This document shows, one piece after another, positions 37,386 to 50,270 of a DNA stretch of 64,000 nt. Position 1 is the stretch's first letter, and each line of letters begins with the position of its first letter. Origin of the DNA: Vicugna vicugna (Eukaryota); assembly GCA_013265495.1 (NCBI GenBank), contig MU058213.1, positions 7,270,066 through 7,334,065 on the forward strand, read 5' to 3'. A program made the position numbers and the translations under genes. A model generated the notes under the pieces. That model was not told the DNA's origin and did not search any database. It saw nothing but the letters and a program-made list of their open reading frames with translations.

Positions 37386-40279
37386 TAAAACTTATTGGAA
37401 ATGTATCGAAGCAGCACAAAATTACTTTATATGCTGTAATACTCCCAAGGCCTTCTCATTTTGCCCCAAAGCTAAATGCCCTTGTCTCCTGTTCTTTTGT
37501 ACAGATTTCCCCCCTTTATCAGTCGTTCCCCTTCCATCTGTAGCCGTATCTACATGTCATGAGGTCCCCCTTCTACTTACAATTATACTTCATTTAGAAT
37601 TAGCTGTGTGCTTGGAACCTAACCAGATAACCAGACTTGTCAGAGGATCTGTATAAAAACCAATTACAATTAGGATGTATTGGGTCTACAGGGGTTTCCT
37701 TTGAGTCAAGTGCATGAGCTGTCTGTCGTGCTTGAACTTTGGGACTCTGTTTTGGCAACCCAACAGCCTGTTTGCTTACTTCCTAAGTCCTCAGATGGTT
37801 CCTGATAGAAGAGGTTGCAAGAGGACAGATTTATCATAGGTGAGGTACTGAAGTAGCAGGAAGACAACAAAAGGCACTGTAAGACCACGTTCCTCAAGTG
37901 ACCCAGAGAAAGTGTGTTTAGAGAGCACACAGTCACCTTTCTGTTGTTTGCATCATGGCTTGACAATTACTGAAAGCACATTCAGTTTGAGAAAGTTTCT
38001 GAACCTCTTTTCGATGCCTTCAAGCAGATAGGTTTCAAGGAATAGCAAATTGATTTACTATAACTTCAGCAAGACAAATTTTATGCTCAAAAAAAAAAAA
38101 AATTCTAAGCCAAATACATATACTTGATAAATTCTGCCTACTGGCTTTTTTTCTTTGTTATAAACAGCCAGAAGTTAACTACAGTTGGTTGATCTTTCTT
38201 AAGGGATTAACTGAAGTTATAACAAGAAGTCTGTGAACAATCTGAATTTGTGGTTTTAGCTCACTTTGGACCACAGCAACCCATCGTGTGTAGTTCATAT
38301 CTGGCAAAGTGAGAAGTTTATCCGAGCAAGTCTTTATTTTGTTTCCTATGAGACTGTATTAAACTCAGATCTCTCCAGAGAATCTGACTTGCTGTTTAAG
38401 GAGATTTAGGTTGAAAGTGATTATATGGCCACAAAATGCAATCTGGCCATATAGTAAAATGTACATCACTTAAAAAAATACTGAGGAACAAGAGTCCTTT
38501 TTAAATTTTTTTTTCTTTTTTTTCCTGTTTTATTTTTGTTTTCAAGAGTGCTTTCTGAAATAGCCAAAATCCTGTGACATAACCAGGGTCAACTTGCCCC
38601 AGTCACACCCTTATTTCATTAACATGGGAACTGAGCTGCCATTTCATTTTTTTTAATGTTTATGCTTAATAACTGTATTCAAGTAGTTAACTTCCATCTA
38701 ATGTGGCTGCTCTGGCAATTTGTTGATTTGCCCTTCACATCAGCTGCTACCATTTAACTGGAATTTTAGGCTAAATTCTTTTTCCTATTTAAAAATTACA
38801 CAGGCTTATTGAATGAATTTAGAAAATACAGGAAAGTATAAAAAAATGTATTCACAGATTTCACTCCTGGAGACAAGGTTTTAAATACATACGTGTCTTT
38901 ACACACACATCTTCATATACACATATTTTGGTGGTGATGTTTTTAAATACAAGTGCTTCTATATAGGGCAAGTTTTAATTTGTATTTTTTGATATTAGAA
39001 AACGCAAATATTTATAAGTAATTGAGACATAATTGTGATTGTGATAAGGAAATAATGAAGAAAAATTTAAACTCTTTAACTTTGAAACGAAAGGAAGAAT
39101 TTCACCCAGTGTTGTAGATCCAGGAAGACTTGAGGGAGACTGTTTAACCACAAGCTTGCTCCCAAGTTTTTGGACCCCTTTCCATAATGTAATAGATCCC
39201 AAATTGTAAAATACCAATGCATTTCCAAAAGGGTCAAGAAAAACAAAAGGAAAATCAATGTCAATCTAAAACTATGTCCATATAAGTTGAAATTCTCTCA
39301 AAGTGAACACAGAGTCAGTCTCCCAGAGCAAAACTAAAATGAGGCGAATATTCAGAAATTCGGACAAAAATCCCTGTTACTAAAACAAATCATAAAACTT
39401 GCTTAGCATCTACTCTGTACAGAATTCTGACTATGCAAATACCAGGTGTGCTGGACAACTTTCCATCCCTTTGTGCTTCTTTATCTAACTGGATAGATCT
39501 GCTGTTTCCACATGGGGTTCCACTTCTTGTTGTCTGGCTGAAGTGTGCGTTTATTCCAGCGGAGAGAGGATATTAAACAGGCTTTGATCTTGAAGGTGTC
39601 TCACGTCACATCAAAATGAAGTCTACCCTGTGCGTTTGGGGAAGACTCACGGGACTTTAGTCCTTGTGTATATTTTCATCTATTGGGGCGCTGAAGAACA
39701 CTCAGGGTTCCTGGTCTGCCACTTACATAAACAGAGCTCAGGAAAACTTCCTGGAGCCTCGAGGATCTTCCCCCTCACCTCACCTCATGATGTCCTAATG
39801 AGACAGCACAGTGCTTAGGGCGGAGGGGGCCCTCAGTAAACGGTAGCTCTTATTGTAAACCCAGAGTCTGTTAGGAAATGGCTCCGCAGAGGTTCAAACC
39901 GTGGCTTTTCCTGTGTGGCGACATCACAGACATTGTTTGTCAGGACACAGGTTTCAGGTCACTCTGAGCTGTCACCGAGAACTTTGTTCCAACACAGCAA
40001 GTACACACACCGGTCACCATGGCATATATAGTGACAGAAGGGCGATCACGGCCCTCAGCATTGGATACAGTGCCCTCATGGCATCCTGTGCGCCTGGGTC
40101 CAGCCTTCACTGTGTCCCCTCACGCCCTTCCACAGCCCTTCTATCTGAAGCGTGCCTGGCACCACTCACTTCCTTCCACTAGCCTGTGAATTCTACGTCC
40201 AGACAATGAACACACGCTGACAATCACGACACTGCATGACTGTGGAGACAGGGCTGAGATGCTCTGGGATTGGGCACCT

Positions 40280-40490
40280 AAATTCCAATCCCAGTTCACA
40301 GCGCCGTGTGGCCTGGTGCAAGTCACTCTGACCTCTCCCATCCTCGGCTCCCTCCATTTGTAAAAGGGGAATAATGGCTCCCACTCAGGGAGCTGTCAGA
40401 AAGGAAATGTGACCATGCACGTTGACGGCTTAGCCCGGGGCCTGGCAGACAGAAAAGTAATTCCACAAAGGACAGCTTGTGCTGTTACTG
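40280..40490 (+). mobile_element. MIR SINE
   Basis: ttccaatcccagttc...gcaagtcactctgacctctc...ccatttgtaaaaggggaataat. Confidence 0.7.
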
Positions 40491-43034
40491 TTGCTGACTG
40501 CGACCGAACATCGTGCTCCTTCACGTCCGGCCCACCAACTGGGACCTTCTTCGGGAGCTGCTTTTTAACTCGCAGGGATGAGAATTTGGACAGAAGCATG
40601 CCCACTCGCTCGTCTGATTACTTTTACTTCCACTTATGAGAGAGCTGGTTCTGGTTAGGGGTACAGCTGAGGCTGCAAAAAACTGTTTTCCTGTGTTGGA
40701 AGTCTCCTGGGCTGTCATAAATCTGATCTTTTGGTCTCATTAGGACAATCCGCTAACCATGAGAGACGGGGGCCCATGGGAGCAAGTCATCTTCGACTTG
40801 TTGCCCTTTCGACAAATGTATTGTTCAAATATATCTGGGGGGATGGGGAATCAGAGAGAATTCTAGATTAAAAACTATTTTCTCAAGGTAAAACAAGATT
40901 ATGCTAAGAAAATTATACGAGAGCATCTAAATACTGATGTTTAAATTGCTCAATCCCCTCCTAAGACCCAAGTTAAAACCCTGTAACCAGTGCAATGATA
41001 CTATCATGATACATTTTGCTCCACTCTTTGGGGCTTTTCAATTCAGTGCCACACCAACCGCTTACAAACTGCGATGGACAAGCAGTGACCTCGCTGTGAG
41101 CTCGGTGAATGTTATCTATTGTGTCCCACCAGTATCTCAGCAAAAAGACCGAGTGTTCCTGAAACCTCAGGCTCTGCATTCGTCCACCAGCGCTTTGAAG
41201 AAGGACATTGTCTTCTTTTCACGTGGGCTGACTTCAAGGGACAATAGAGGTTTACCGGAGGACAACACAATCAGACTTAGATAACGCTGATGTATTCCCA
41301 AGAGTTCTTCCATGAAGGTAAATTCCACAGATAAGACACTGCCTTTTTAATGTATTTATTTTAGGTTTTTTTTTTTTTCATTTTTAAAGGAGCTGTTTCT
41401 TGTAACCAGAAACTCAAGAACTGTAGCTGTTCAAACAGGACTGGTTTCAGACAGTGGTAGAGGTGACAAAAATAATTCTGCAAATGTGACTCACAGTGTG
41501 CATGTTGTATGTCATTTACTTTTCTGTATTCATTAGTAGAGGCATTTGGAATACCTCACTGCTGAATAATGAGATAAATCTCATTTGTCCAATCTTCCCA
41601 TTTGTATCACATTTATATATAGCCTTGAGCCTAAACCTATGTTATTCAGTAAATGACTCTTGTCTTCTTTGTAATGGATTTTCTCCAAATGGATCTGTTT
41701 TATGTTAAAATTCATGATAAAGGTAGTCTTTTAATGGGATAGGCAGCGGACGACAGCAACTTCTGAAAGCACAACCAAATGGGGGTAACTTAATTTTTAG
41801 CTGTATCCCCTACACAGAACCAAGATTATAATCAAACTCATTTTGTCTCCAATACATATATCTATCATCCCAGTTTTTTGTTTTTTTGTTTTTTCACAAA
41901 ACCTAGCTAATTATGATGGGACCTGAACTGAGAAAGTCAACCCATCCTCTTGAACAACCTCTCAAAACACTTAAGGAGAAGAAATTGTCCTTGAACTCAG
42001 GCCAAGTATTTGATGGATTTATAAATTTCACTTGCCTCTTGGCTGGAAAACAGAAGGTAATTCTGATACAAGTTTCTTGCCCACCTACCCCCTTGATGTT
42101 GGTAAATTGTTAAGTAAGTAAGCATTCGGGTGGTATAACGCAAAGTTAATAACAGAGGTCTATAATTAACATACACTCTTATGTGCTCTCTAAAAATAGG
42201 GTACCAAGGAAAGTCTTCTTATTAGGCAATGTGATCAAGAATTAATTGGTTAATGTGTATATAGCCCAACTATATATAAATAAACTGTATGATTATTATA
42301 ATTATGGAGAGTACAGTTCAAAATCCACTTCAGGTTCAAAGAATAGTAATTTACACATCTAAGTACAGACGCAAATATTTAACTGTGTAAAAATACTTAT
42401 TTTAATGCCACTCCAAACGTTTAATAAGTATTACCCGTCTCTGAAGTTTCATCTTTTTCCCTCTTAATAAAAGGTCTTAGACGATGCAAAAAAAGATTCA
42501 TTAATTTCCTTACCGCCATTAATCATATCATTTTAATGTTATTTTAGTTTCGGGGGTAACTTTGGTCACATGAAGGGAAGTGAGAAAGTCTGGTGTTACG
42601 TACAGAAAATGCCATATTAATCACAGCGCATTCTGGTGGATGATACATGAGAAGGTGATTTAAATTTACTGAAAGCTAAGTTTACGTGCAGGAGAGAGCA
42701 ATAAATAAAGTTGGGTTCCTAGCCTCCAGGTCTTATATATATATAACTTGAGGTGGGAAGGTGGTCAGATGAACACAAGGTAAGTTGTAAAGACCATCAT
42801 AACACAATACCCCATGCCAGATTTTTTGGAGGGAATTCAGGAAGATCATTCATTTGTCATCTGACCTGGGCCATGAATAGTGAATATCACAGCTCAATAG
42901 GCAGCGAAAGGTGAGATGGGCTTGAGGGAAAGCCAGGCTGGGGTCCCAGCAGAAGATTGCACGGTGTGTACAAAGGAAGGGCGGAGAGGCGCGAAGGGAT
43001 GGAAAGTAAGTAGCTGGGTTGGTGAGACCTCATC

Positions 43035-43133
43035 CTTTTTTTTTTCTTTTCCTCTCTCCGTTTTTTCAGCTGAGGTAGAGTTGATTTGCAATGTTGTATG
43101 CGTTTCTGGTGTACAGCATAGCGATTCAGTTAC
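43035..43133 (-). mobile_element. Very short L1 3' terminus with 15-bp TSD
   Basis: gaggtagagttgatttgcaatgttgtatgcgtttctggtgtacagcatagcgattcagtta; TSD TGGTGAGACCT(C/A)ATC at 43020-43034 and 43134-43148. Confidence 0.85.
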
Positions 43134-43836
43134 TGGTGAGACCTAATCTGAAAGGGTCTTGAATAATCTGTTAAGCAATCTGGACTGATTTTCTAAGTCA
43201 CTGAAAGATTTTGACCCCAGGGCTGGGGGAGCCTATTCAGACCCACGTACCAGACGAGATTTTGTCTCACCTGCCCCACGTTCACAGCCCAAAGCTTACG
43301 GGTTTTCAAATTTGTTCCTAACAGTTAATAACCACGGAATTTCACATCAAAGCTCAGATTTCCAGATTTTCCTGGGAAAAAAAAAATCAAAAGCCCTGGT
43401 AATGGTGGACCAGTTATTCTAAGTGGTGACAGTTGGTCAGAACCAAGGGAGGTGGCTCACTCCAGATGGTGTGCGTGTTGTCCAGGGGCCCAGGTGCCTC
43501 CTCTACCGGCCACGCTCAGTCACCTGCCCACGGGCATCAAGCATTTGGGTTTGTGCCTTCTCTTTTAAAGAGATGTCCTCTTGCAACAGCCAGTGTCTTT
43601 CTACCACTGCAAACAGCATAAATTAACTTAAATGAGTTAGTTCACATGGATCATCTTTGCCTCCCTTTGCTAGCACTTTACCCCCTTTTTAGGTCCCCTC
43701 ATGCAATGAGGTTTTCCATTTACATTTTCATTAAGAGGGAAGATAAGTACTTTTAAATGAAATGAACTCGGGTTGGAAAGGCAGCTGTCACGCGTGAGGG
43801 GCGCACGATGAACTTGAGGTAAAGAACATGATGCAT

Positions 43837-44008
43837 GGCAGGATTTCTCAATCTAAGCACTCCTGACATTCAGGGCTGGGTAATTATTTATCTTGGGAAG
43901 CTGGACATTGTAGACTGCTTGGCAACATCCCTGGCCTCTACCCACTGGATGCTCCAGACATTGACAAATGTTCCTGGGGGTCAAAACCGCTCCCAGTTGA
44001 GAAGGGCT
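43837..44008 (+). mobile_element. MER20 hAT-Charlie element
   Basis: tttctcaatctaagcactcctgacattcagggctgggtaatt...catccctggcctctacccactggatgc...tccagacattgacaaatgttcctgggggtcaaaaccgctcccagttgagaa. Confidence 0.85.
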
Positions 44009-44620
44009 GCTCCGTGGGGAGGAGCGTCTCCAGGAAAGAAAGCTCTGGGTAGGAGAGTGGTGCTCTGTTGGAAAGCAGGCTGGAGCCTTGTGGCTCCTAC
44101 TGTCCCTTCTGCTCCTGTGCACCTTTCCAGCCGGCCAAAGCTTGCCCCAGCCTCGGGGAGGCGGGACAGCCGGGCAGTGGCTCCAGAGGCCTCTGTTACC
44201 TGCGGGAACCTTCAGGCACCTCCAGGAGGCGACGCAGCACTGAAAGCTCCTGCTTCTCTGCTCTCTGTTACTGCTGTAATTGAAAGAAAGAGGATGGGAA
44301 ATTGTGTGATTTACTCTCAAGACCCAAACCTCCCCGTGGGCACATCCTGGCCAAGTATGGTGTCAGATGCCCCTGAGGACAAATGAAGCCTCTTCCCCTC
44401 AACAAGGCAGTGGCGAGGTCCACCCTGGGTGTCACTGGGCATTGCAGGGGTTGCTGCTGCTGACACCCGGGGGTGGCCAGGTCCAGATCTCAGGATACAT
44501 CAGACCACGTCCAGGGTCTCCCTGGCCTCCAACTCTAAGGCCTCTGACACAGACCTCACTGATCTCAGAGCTTCCTTCCTTCTTTCTTGTCATATGTTTA
44601 TCTTGAATCTATGCATTATT

Positions 44621-44790
44621 TTTAAAAAGTATTTTATAGACTTATTATCACATTATTTAATTATTTTATTTTGGCAGGAGGAGGGAGGAAGTGATTAGGT
44701 TTATTTATTTTTAGAGGAGGCACTGGGGATTGAACCCAGGACCTCTTGTATGCTAAGCATGTGCTCTGCCTCTTGAGCTATACCCTCCCC
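44621..44790 (-). mobile_element. Vic-1-type SINE
   Basis: ggaggcactggggattgaacccaggacctcttgtatgctaagcatgtgctctgcctcttgagctataccctcccc; flanking tatgcat repeats at 44610 and 44791. Confidence 0.9.
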
Positions 44791-45215
44791 TATGCATCAC
44801 TGTTCTAGTAGCAACCCGTCAATGTGATTTTGTACACTTTCCTAGCATCAGTAAAAAGATGAGCTTCTTTTGCAGGGGAAGAGTGGGTAACTGTTGAATG
44901 ACAAAGCCAAGAAGCAGGTAAAAGCTGACAGAAAGTTTTGGTATTTTTCATATGAATTTCAGGTTGGATTGGTTTTGAACTAAGAAAAAAATATCAAGAT
45001 TATGGCATTTCCTGGAGCGCAAACTAGATAGGCTGACAATATGACTTGCAAAATCACGTTTTTTGTGGTTAGTGCTTTTCACACTTTTTTCTTCTGGCAT
45101 ATAGAATCTAATCACTTTTCCCTGGTGAGAGGTGTTCTATGGAGAAAATTCGGCTGGATTAATCAATGAAGGCAGCTTGTTTGGTTTTCACCCCTTCTCA
45201 AAAGACACCAAGGCT

Positions 45216-45293
45216 CCTTTTTTCTTTTCTTTTTCCTTTCCTTTTTCTTTTCCTTCTCTTTCGTTCTTTCTTTCTTTCATTCTCTTGCCTTCT

Positions 45294-45329
<36 letters not shown>

Positions 45330-45378
45330 ATTTTTTTTTTTTTTTTTTTATTTTTTTTTAAAGGTTTTAAAAAAAAAT
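45216..45378. repeat. T/TC-rich low-complexity tract with long poly(T) runs
   Basis: (TTTC)n-like sequence grading into poly(T) runs of 15-20 or more. Confidence 0.9.
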
Positions 45379-46239
45379 GGAACATTGGGCGAAAGTGAGA
45401 ACAGGACAACAGGAAAGAGAAATGACATCTGGTCTTCACTTTCAGTAAGTAATGAGTAAATAAAATAGCCATCACCTCCCAAAACAGAGATCGTGTTTAT
45501 AGTAGCGAAAGTGCAGAAGGGATGTGCCTGCTTGACCAGGGGAGGAGGAACAACCCAGGGGTAAAAGGGGGACAAGGACAAGGAGGGTTTTGAGTAAGTT
45601 AAACCTGCTGGTGACAAAGAACGGACAGAGAGCAAGGCCGGGCAGCTGAAGCATCCTTTTATTCACAAGTCAATGGAAGCTATTCAAGCCAATATGGTTT
45701 GATTTAGCAGATATTAACTGCAGCTAAAGTGATGCAAATACGTCAGCGAATGGAGAGTAAGATAAACAGGAGAAACCCACACTGGCTAGAACAGGAGAAG
45801 AGAACAGAGACTGACATTTAAAGACCAGATGAAAAGGATAGGAAAAACGAGAGAAAAGTAAGGCTATGTGAGCATGACATCCTTAGACAGAAGGGAGGTG
45901 AAGGGACAGATCTGTGATCCCCCTCACCCGCTCCCTGCTTACGAGACTCTGAGCAAAGAGACAGGAGAATTGAGCACGGACCACAGGTCACACAAACACA
46001 GCACAAGCGCTCAGTAAATATTTGTGGAGTAACTGAATACGCATAAAAAGTTCTCTCCTTCTGGATATGATGACAACTTACTATACAACACCGAATTTAA
46101 CAACTTTTTGCCCTTTGGAGGTGCTAAAATCCATGGACAGCTTTGATAATGATTTTAAAACAGCTATCTATTTAGAGAAATTTCTTTGCGCCTCATCTTG
46201 TACCCCTGACGCCGGTCCTGTCATAGATTCAATTAGGGG

Positions 46240-46415
46240 GTCACGCTACAGTGGTTGGAGCCCTGGACCGAGAGGCAGGAGACCACGCTTCCAAAATTGG
46301 CTTTGCTGTGAAGTGCGTGATACCGGGTCAGTCACTTAACCTTTCTGAGTTCCTGTTTCCTCTGGAGTAACAGGAGTGGCTCAGGCTAGATAACGTTCAA
46401 GACCCTCTTAGGATC
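46240..46415 (+). mobile_element. MIR-family SINE
   Basis: agtcacttaacctttctgagttcctgtttcctctg...ggctagataacgttcaagacc. Confidence 0.6.
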
Positions 46416-48028
46416 CTACGTGTGCAGTGAAGTTCATTACCATGTTAATCACGTTGTCTTCCCTGTTTCTATCTTGCCTCCTAAGTCCAGAGTTGAATGG
46501 CAGATAAAAGTCCTTCTTTCCACTGTCTCCTCATTTTGTCTGCCAGTGGCTTGTCAACAGTACTTTCTAGAATCAATTCTGGAAATGTTTGCCCATCTGT
46601 ATTATCTGAGGGTTGTTATTTACTGTTCCCTCTTTTTTTTTTTCCCTTGGGGAGGAATTTCGATGCGTCTCTCGCAGGGAGACCACAGCAAACAACAAAG
46701 ATACGTTTTCCCAATACTCAGCATGAAGGGACACCGTGCTGTTGGCTTCTCTCATACAGTCTGAATGCATTGTGATGGTATATTTGAAGTGGTTTCCTGT
46801 GTTTTTCTGCGTTTTTAAAGACTAAATTCAAGCCCAGGTCTTTTCTGTGCAGTTACTCTTAGCTGGAATTAATTTTTACCCCTTCTCTATGAAGATACAA
46901 ATAATTATGCAATTAGGCTTTTCTTTTTTGTGGCCATCAGACCGTCTGATAAAGATGTGTGGCCCAGTTACTAAAGAGTTAGGCAGACCTAACACAACAC
47001 TTACAGCACTTTTTGATACAAAGATGGGCCCCATAAACTGTCCCCACAGCACTCAGATGAAACACATGCAGTGACAAAAATCGTGGCAGAGGAGTAAGGA
47101 GACCCTGACTCTAGTCCTTAACCTGTCGCCAGCTTGTCCTGGGCAGGGCATTTCATCTCCCAGCGACCTGCCGTGCACAGTAAACAGACTGGACCTGATG
47201 ACTTCTGAAGTCGCACGTTCTGTAAAATGCCCAGCCAGCTAAGGGACTGCTGTTTTCACGATCAAAATTCTGCTCCCAGCTGGGCAGTTCTCAACATTCA
47301 CTCGTCAGAACACCACACCAACACATAAACTGACCTCACCGCTCTCCTTGTTAAAACGTGATATTCCAGGTAAAGGGGGGCAGAGGGGGAGGGTGATTCA
47401 TCTAAGCAGAGTAGTGCCCTAACTTAACCACACCAGGGCATCCTGCAGAGGACACAAACCCCAGCAGTCCGAGATGGGGAGGGGGAGGCCCAACCTCCAA
47501 GCTCAGTGCGTGAGATTCCACAGGTCTGCCGAACACACACTAGGTACACCCTCCTCTGTTCCTCAATATCCGTCATCGGAACTTGGGGGGCCTTAAGATG
47601 ACATAGCCTGAGGTTGAGTAGCCTTACATGTAAGAGGCAGGTCAGTACAAAGTGGGTACGAAGGGGATTCACTGGTTGGGGAAGACGCCGTCCTGCACTG
47701 CACAACGGCCCATGCAGGGCAAGGAGGGGAGAATGACTGAGAAATTCACATGGCAGCGGGAAGAACCCCACGAGAAGCCAGTCACAAAACGAGCACGATG
47801 TCTCATTGCAGAGTCAACCACACCTTTCCCAAACCCTTGGATAATCCGAGCATATCCAGCCACCAGACACGCAGGGAGTGTAACTCAAAGGGCTTAATAA
47901 GTTCTATTGTTCTGCCTTTATCAAGGGTGGTCAGACAAAAACGGTGGCATTTAAGTTATGTTTTTAAAAAAATCCCACTATTTAAAAAAAAAATCTATAA
48001 ATAATATCAATAATAAAAGTACACTATG

Positions 48029-48150
48029 GGGGGAGGGTGTAGCTCAGTGGTAGAGCACATGCTTAGCATGCACGAGGTCCTGGGTTCAATCCCCAGTACC
48101 TCCATTAAAAAGAATTAAGACAAATAAACCTCCCCCCCCCATAACAAGAA
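48029..48150 (+). mobile_element. Vic-1-type SINE, near-consensus, intact A and B boxes
   Basis: ggggagggtgtagctcagtggtagagcacatgcttagcatgcacgaggtcctgggttcaatccccagtacctcc; approximate TSD aaagtacactatg / aaactacattatg. Confidence 0.92.
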
Positions 48151-49239
48151 CAAACTACATTATGCAGCACTCAGCGATGGGCCAGGCATCTTCAGTGCAT
48201 TATCTCATTTAGTCCTCAAAACAATCCACCGAGGACGAAGTCATTATTATTCTTGGCAGACAAGAGCTGGGAGAGGTCAGCAACCGGTCCTATGAGAAGG
48301 GAGTTAAACCACCTCTATTCTGGATAAATCTGCCAAGTGCCAATCTTCAATCCACGAAGGAGAAGCAACCCGAGAGGCAGCTGGCAGTGACACATACTTG
48401 TTCACAGTGTGGGCCTCCGTCCTGACCAACACGTATTCCATGACCAAGCGCATCTTTAAATAAACGCGTGCTGCACGTCCAACTCAAACGACGCTCCTCC
48501 CTGCCGTCGTTATCCCGGCTGTGACACGAGCCGCACCGGGAGGGGGTTTTTATTTTAACAACTTGAGTAGGTGCACGAGTGTGGGCTGAGCTTTCTGCTC
48601 GCTAGTCAATACTTGAAAGCTGGCTCCAACCTTTAATTTAAGCATTCGCTTGTAGCACCAACAGCGATACAGGGTTTCTAGTATCAAAGACGCGCTCCTC
48701 CATCCTTTCATGGCCCTGCTTCTGTAAGCAGCGTGATTGACCTGCGGCACCGCGGAGGCTTGTTTTCCCTCCTCCCGGCGGCGCCCAAACACGACTGCCC
48801 CATTCATCTGAGCGACATCGTAATGAAGTGCCTGCATCAATTGATAACAAGCAAAGTGCAAAAATCCATGGAAGGAGTCTTGTGCCGGGCGCCTTTCAGG
48901 TATCTCGCAACAGCACGCGAGAGGCAAAGTGTCCGCACGGAAACCCAAATCATACCCTGGAAGGGTCTTTGGCTACATCCAAAAGGCTTCCCCCACCCCC
49001 ACCCCATTCCCTGAAATGATTAAGGGAAAGGAAGATCCTGAGAACATCTGCTTGTTCCCAATGATCCCACGTGCTTTAAAAATGTTTGGCAACCTCCCTC
49101 GTGGCTTCTCATCACCTTCGGTATAAAGAACAACTCCCTTAGAACGACAGCTGGGGCCTTTCATGGTCTGAACCCCAGCGGCCCCCTCGAGCTGCCGCAT
49201 CTCCTGCAGCCGCACTTAACTACCTGCCACCCCCAAACT

Positions 49240-49550
49240 CGCCTCCCTCCCTGTCTAGGCTTTGAGACTTTTCACAAGCTCTGCCCTTTGCTGGGAATAC
49301 CTTCCTTGCTTCAAAGCTCAGCTAAGCCTTTGCCTCCTCCAGAAAGCGGTCCCTAACCCCTCTGTCTGATTAGGGCTCCTCCTGTGTGCTCCCTGCATGG
49401 CCTCCGTCACTCCAATCCGGCACTGACAAAGTGTCATGGTTTTATTTGCACCTCGGGTCCCACTGGCCTGGGAGCTCGCTACGTCTTCCCTCCTCTCTGC
49501 TTCTAGCACGTTGTACAGTACCTGCCACTCAGTAAATAGATGTTCATATT
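49240..49550 (+). mobile_element. L2 3' end
   Basis: cttcaaagctcagctaagcctttgcctcctccagaaagcggtccctaacc...tctagcacgttgtacagtacctgccactcagtaaatag. Confidence 0.6.
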
Positions 49551-50074
49551 TTTGCCTACCTCCCACTCCACCGCAGTGTTCTGAAGGAGCCTCCCCACCC
49601 CCGTCTGCACCCAGTCTCAGAGTCTGGAACAACGTCTCTCTAGGGGACACCCCTGGTGCCGTGATTGTGGGCAGGCTCCCCCACCTCCGAGCGGGGTGAG
49701 AGCCTCGCGGGAGGATGAAATCCGGGAATCCTTTCCACCCTGCTCGGCACAGAGGAAACGCCTTAAAAATGACAGGCTTAGACCATGTGTTTCTGTTTAC
49801 AGCAGCAGGGCTGGATCACGCAGAAATAAAAGCCCCTTGTGTTATGTGCTGAGAAATGTCATCAAAGTGCCCCTTCCGTCAGCCTCCATCGGACTAGATC
49901 AGGTAACCCGTGTTTTTGGGCACTGACAAAGGCCTCTGTTAAAGTGTCAATGTGCATCAGCTGAGATAAGATTGGATGAAGTCATTACCCCGACTGCAAA
50001 TTTGTGTGCACGAGGTGTGCCATCCCCATGTGAACACGATGGGGGCGGTATTAATCACAACGCCTATTTAGCGT

Positions 50075-50270
50075 CTTCTATGTGCTAAGCACCTGCTATC
50101 CGTGAGACATCACAGAAAGCACCTTTTACGAGTTACTTCCTACTTTCCAAAACCCACGTGAGGTCAATATTATTATTTTTGACTTTACAGTTGATAAAAC
50201 TGCGGTGTTGAGAGGTTACGCGACTTGCCTAAGATTCTGCAGCTGGTCTGTCACATTTCTGGGACTTAAA
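50075..50270 (-). mobile_element. MIR SINE
   Basis: aacccacgtgaggtcaatattattatt...tttacagttgataaaactgcggtgttgagaggttacgcgacttgcctaag. Confidence 0.7.

Noticed and set aside
43835..44386. Longest supplied ORF (183 aa, +) and the overlapping 155-aa minus ORF
   Set aside because: Starts in a MER20 relic and continues through GC-rich intron; no recognisable domain.
45132..45475. Lys-rich and Phe-rich ORFs (also 5791-6006 and 19525-19746)
   Set aside because: These are translations of poly(A)/poly(T) tracts.
48029..48103. tRNA-Ala-like sequences (also 16155, 19620, 20810, 44715, 57680) as tRNA genes
   Set aside because: Each has the shared SINE tail and most have TSDs. They are Vic-1-type SINEs.
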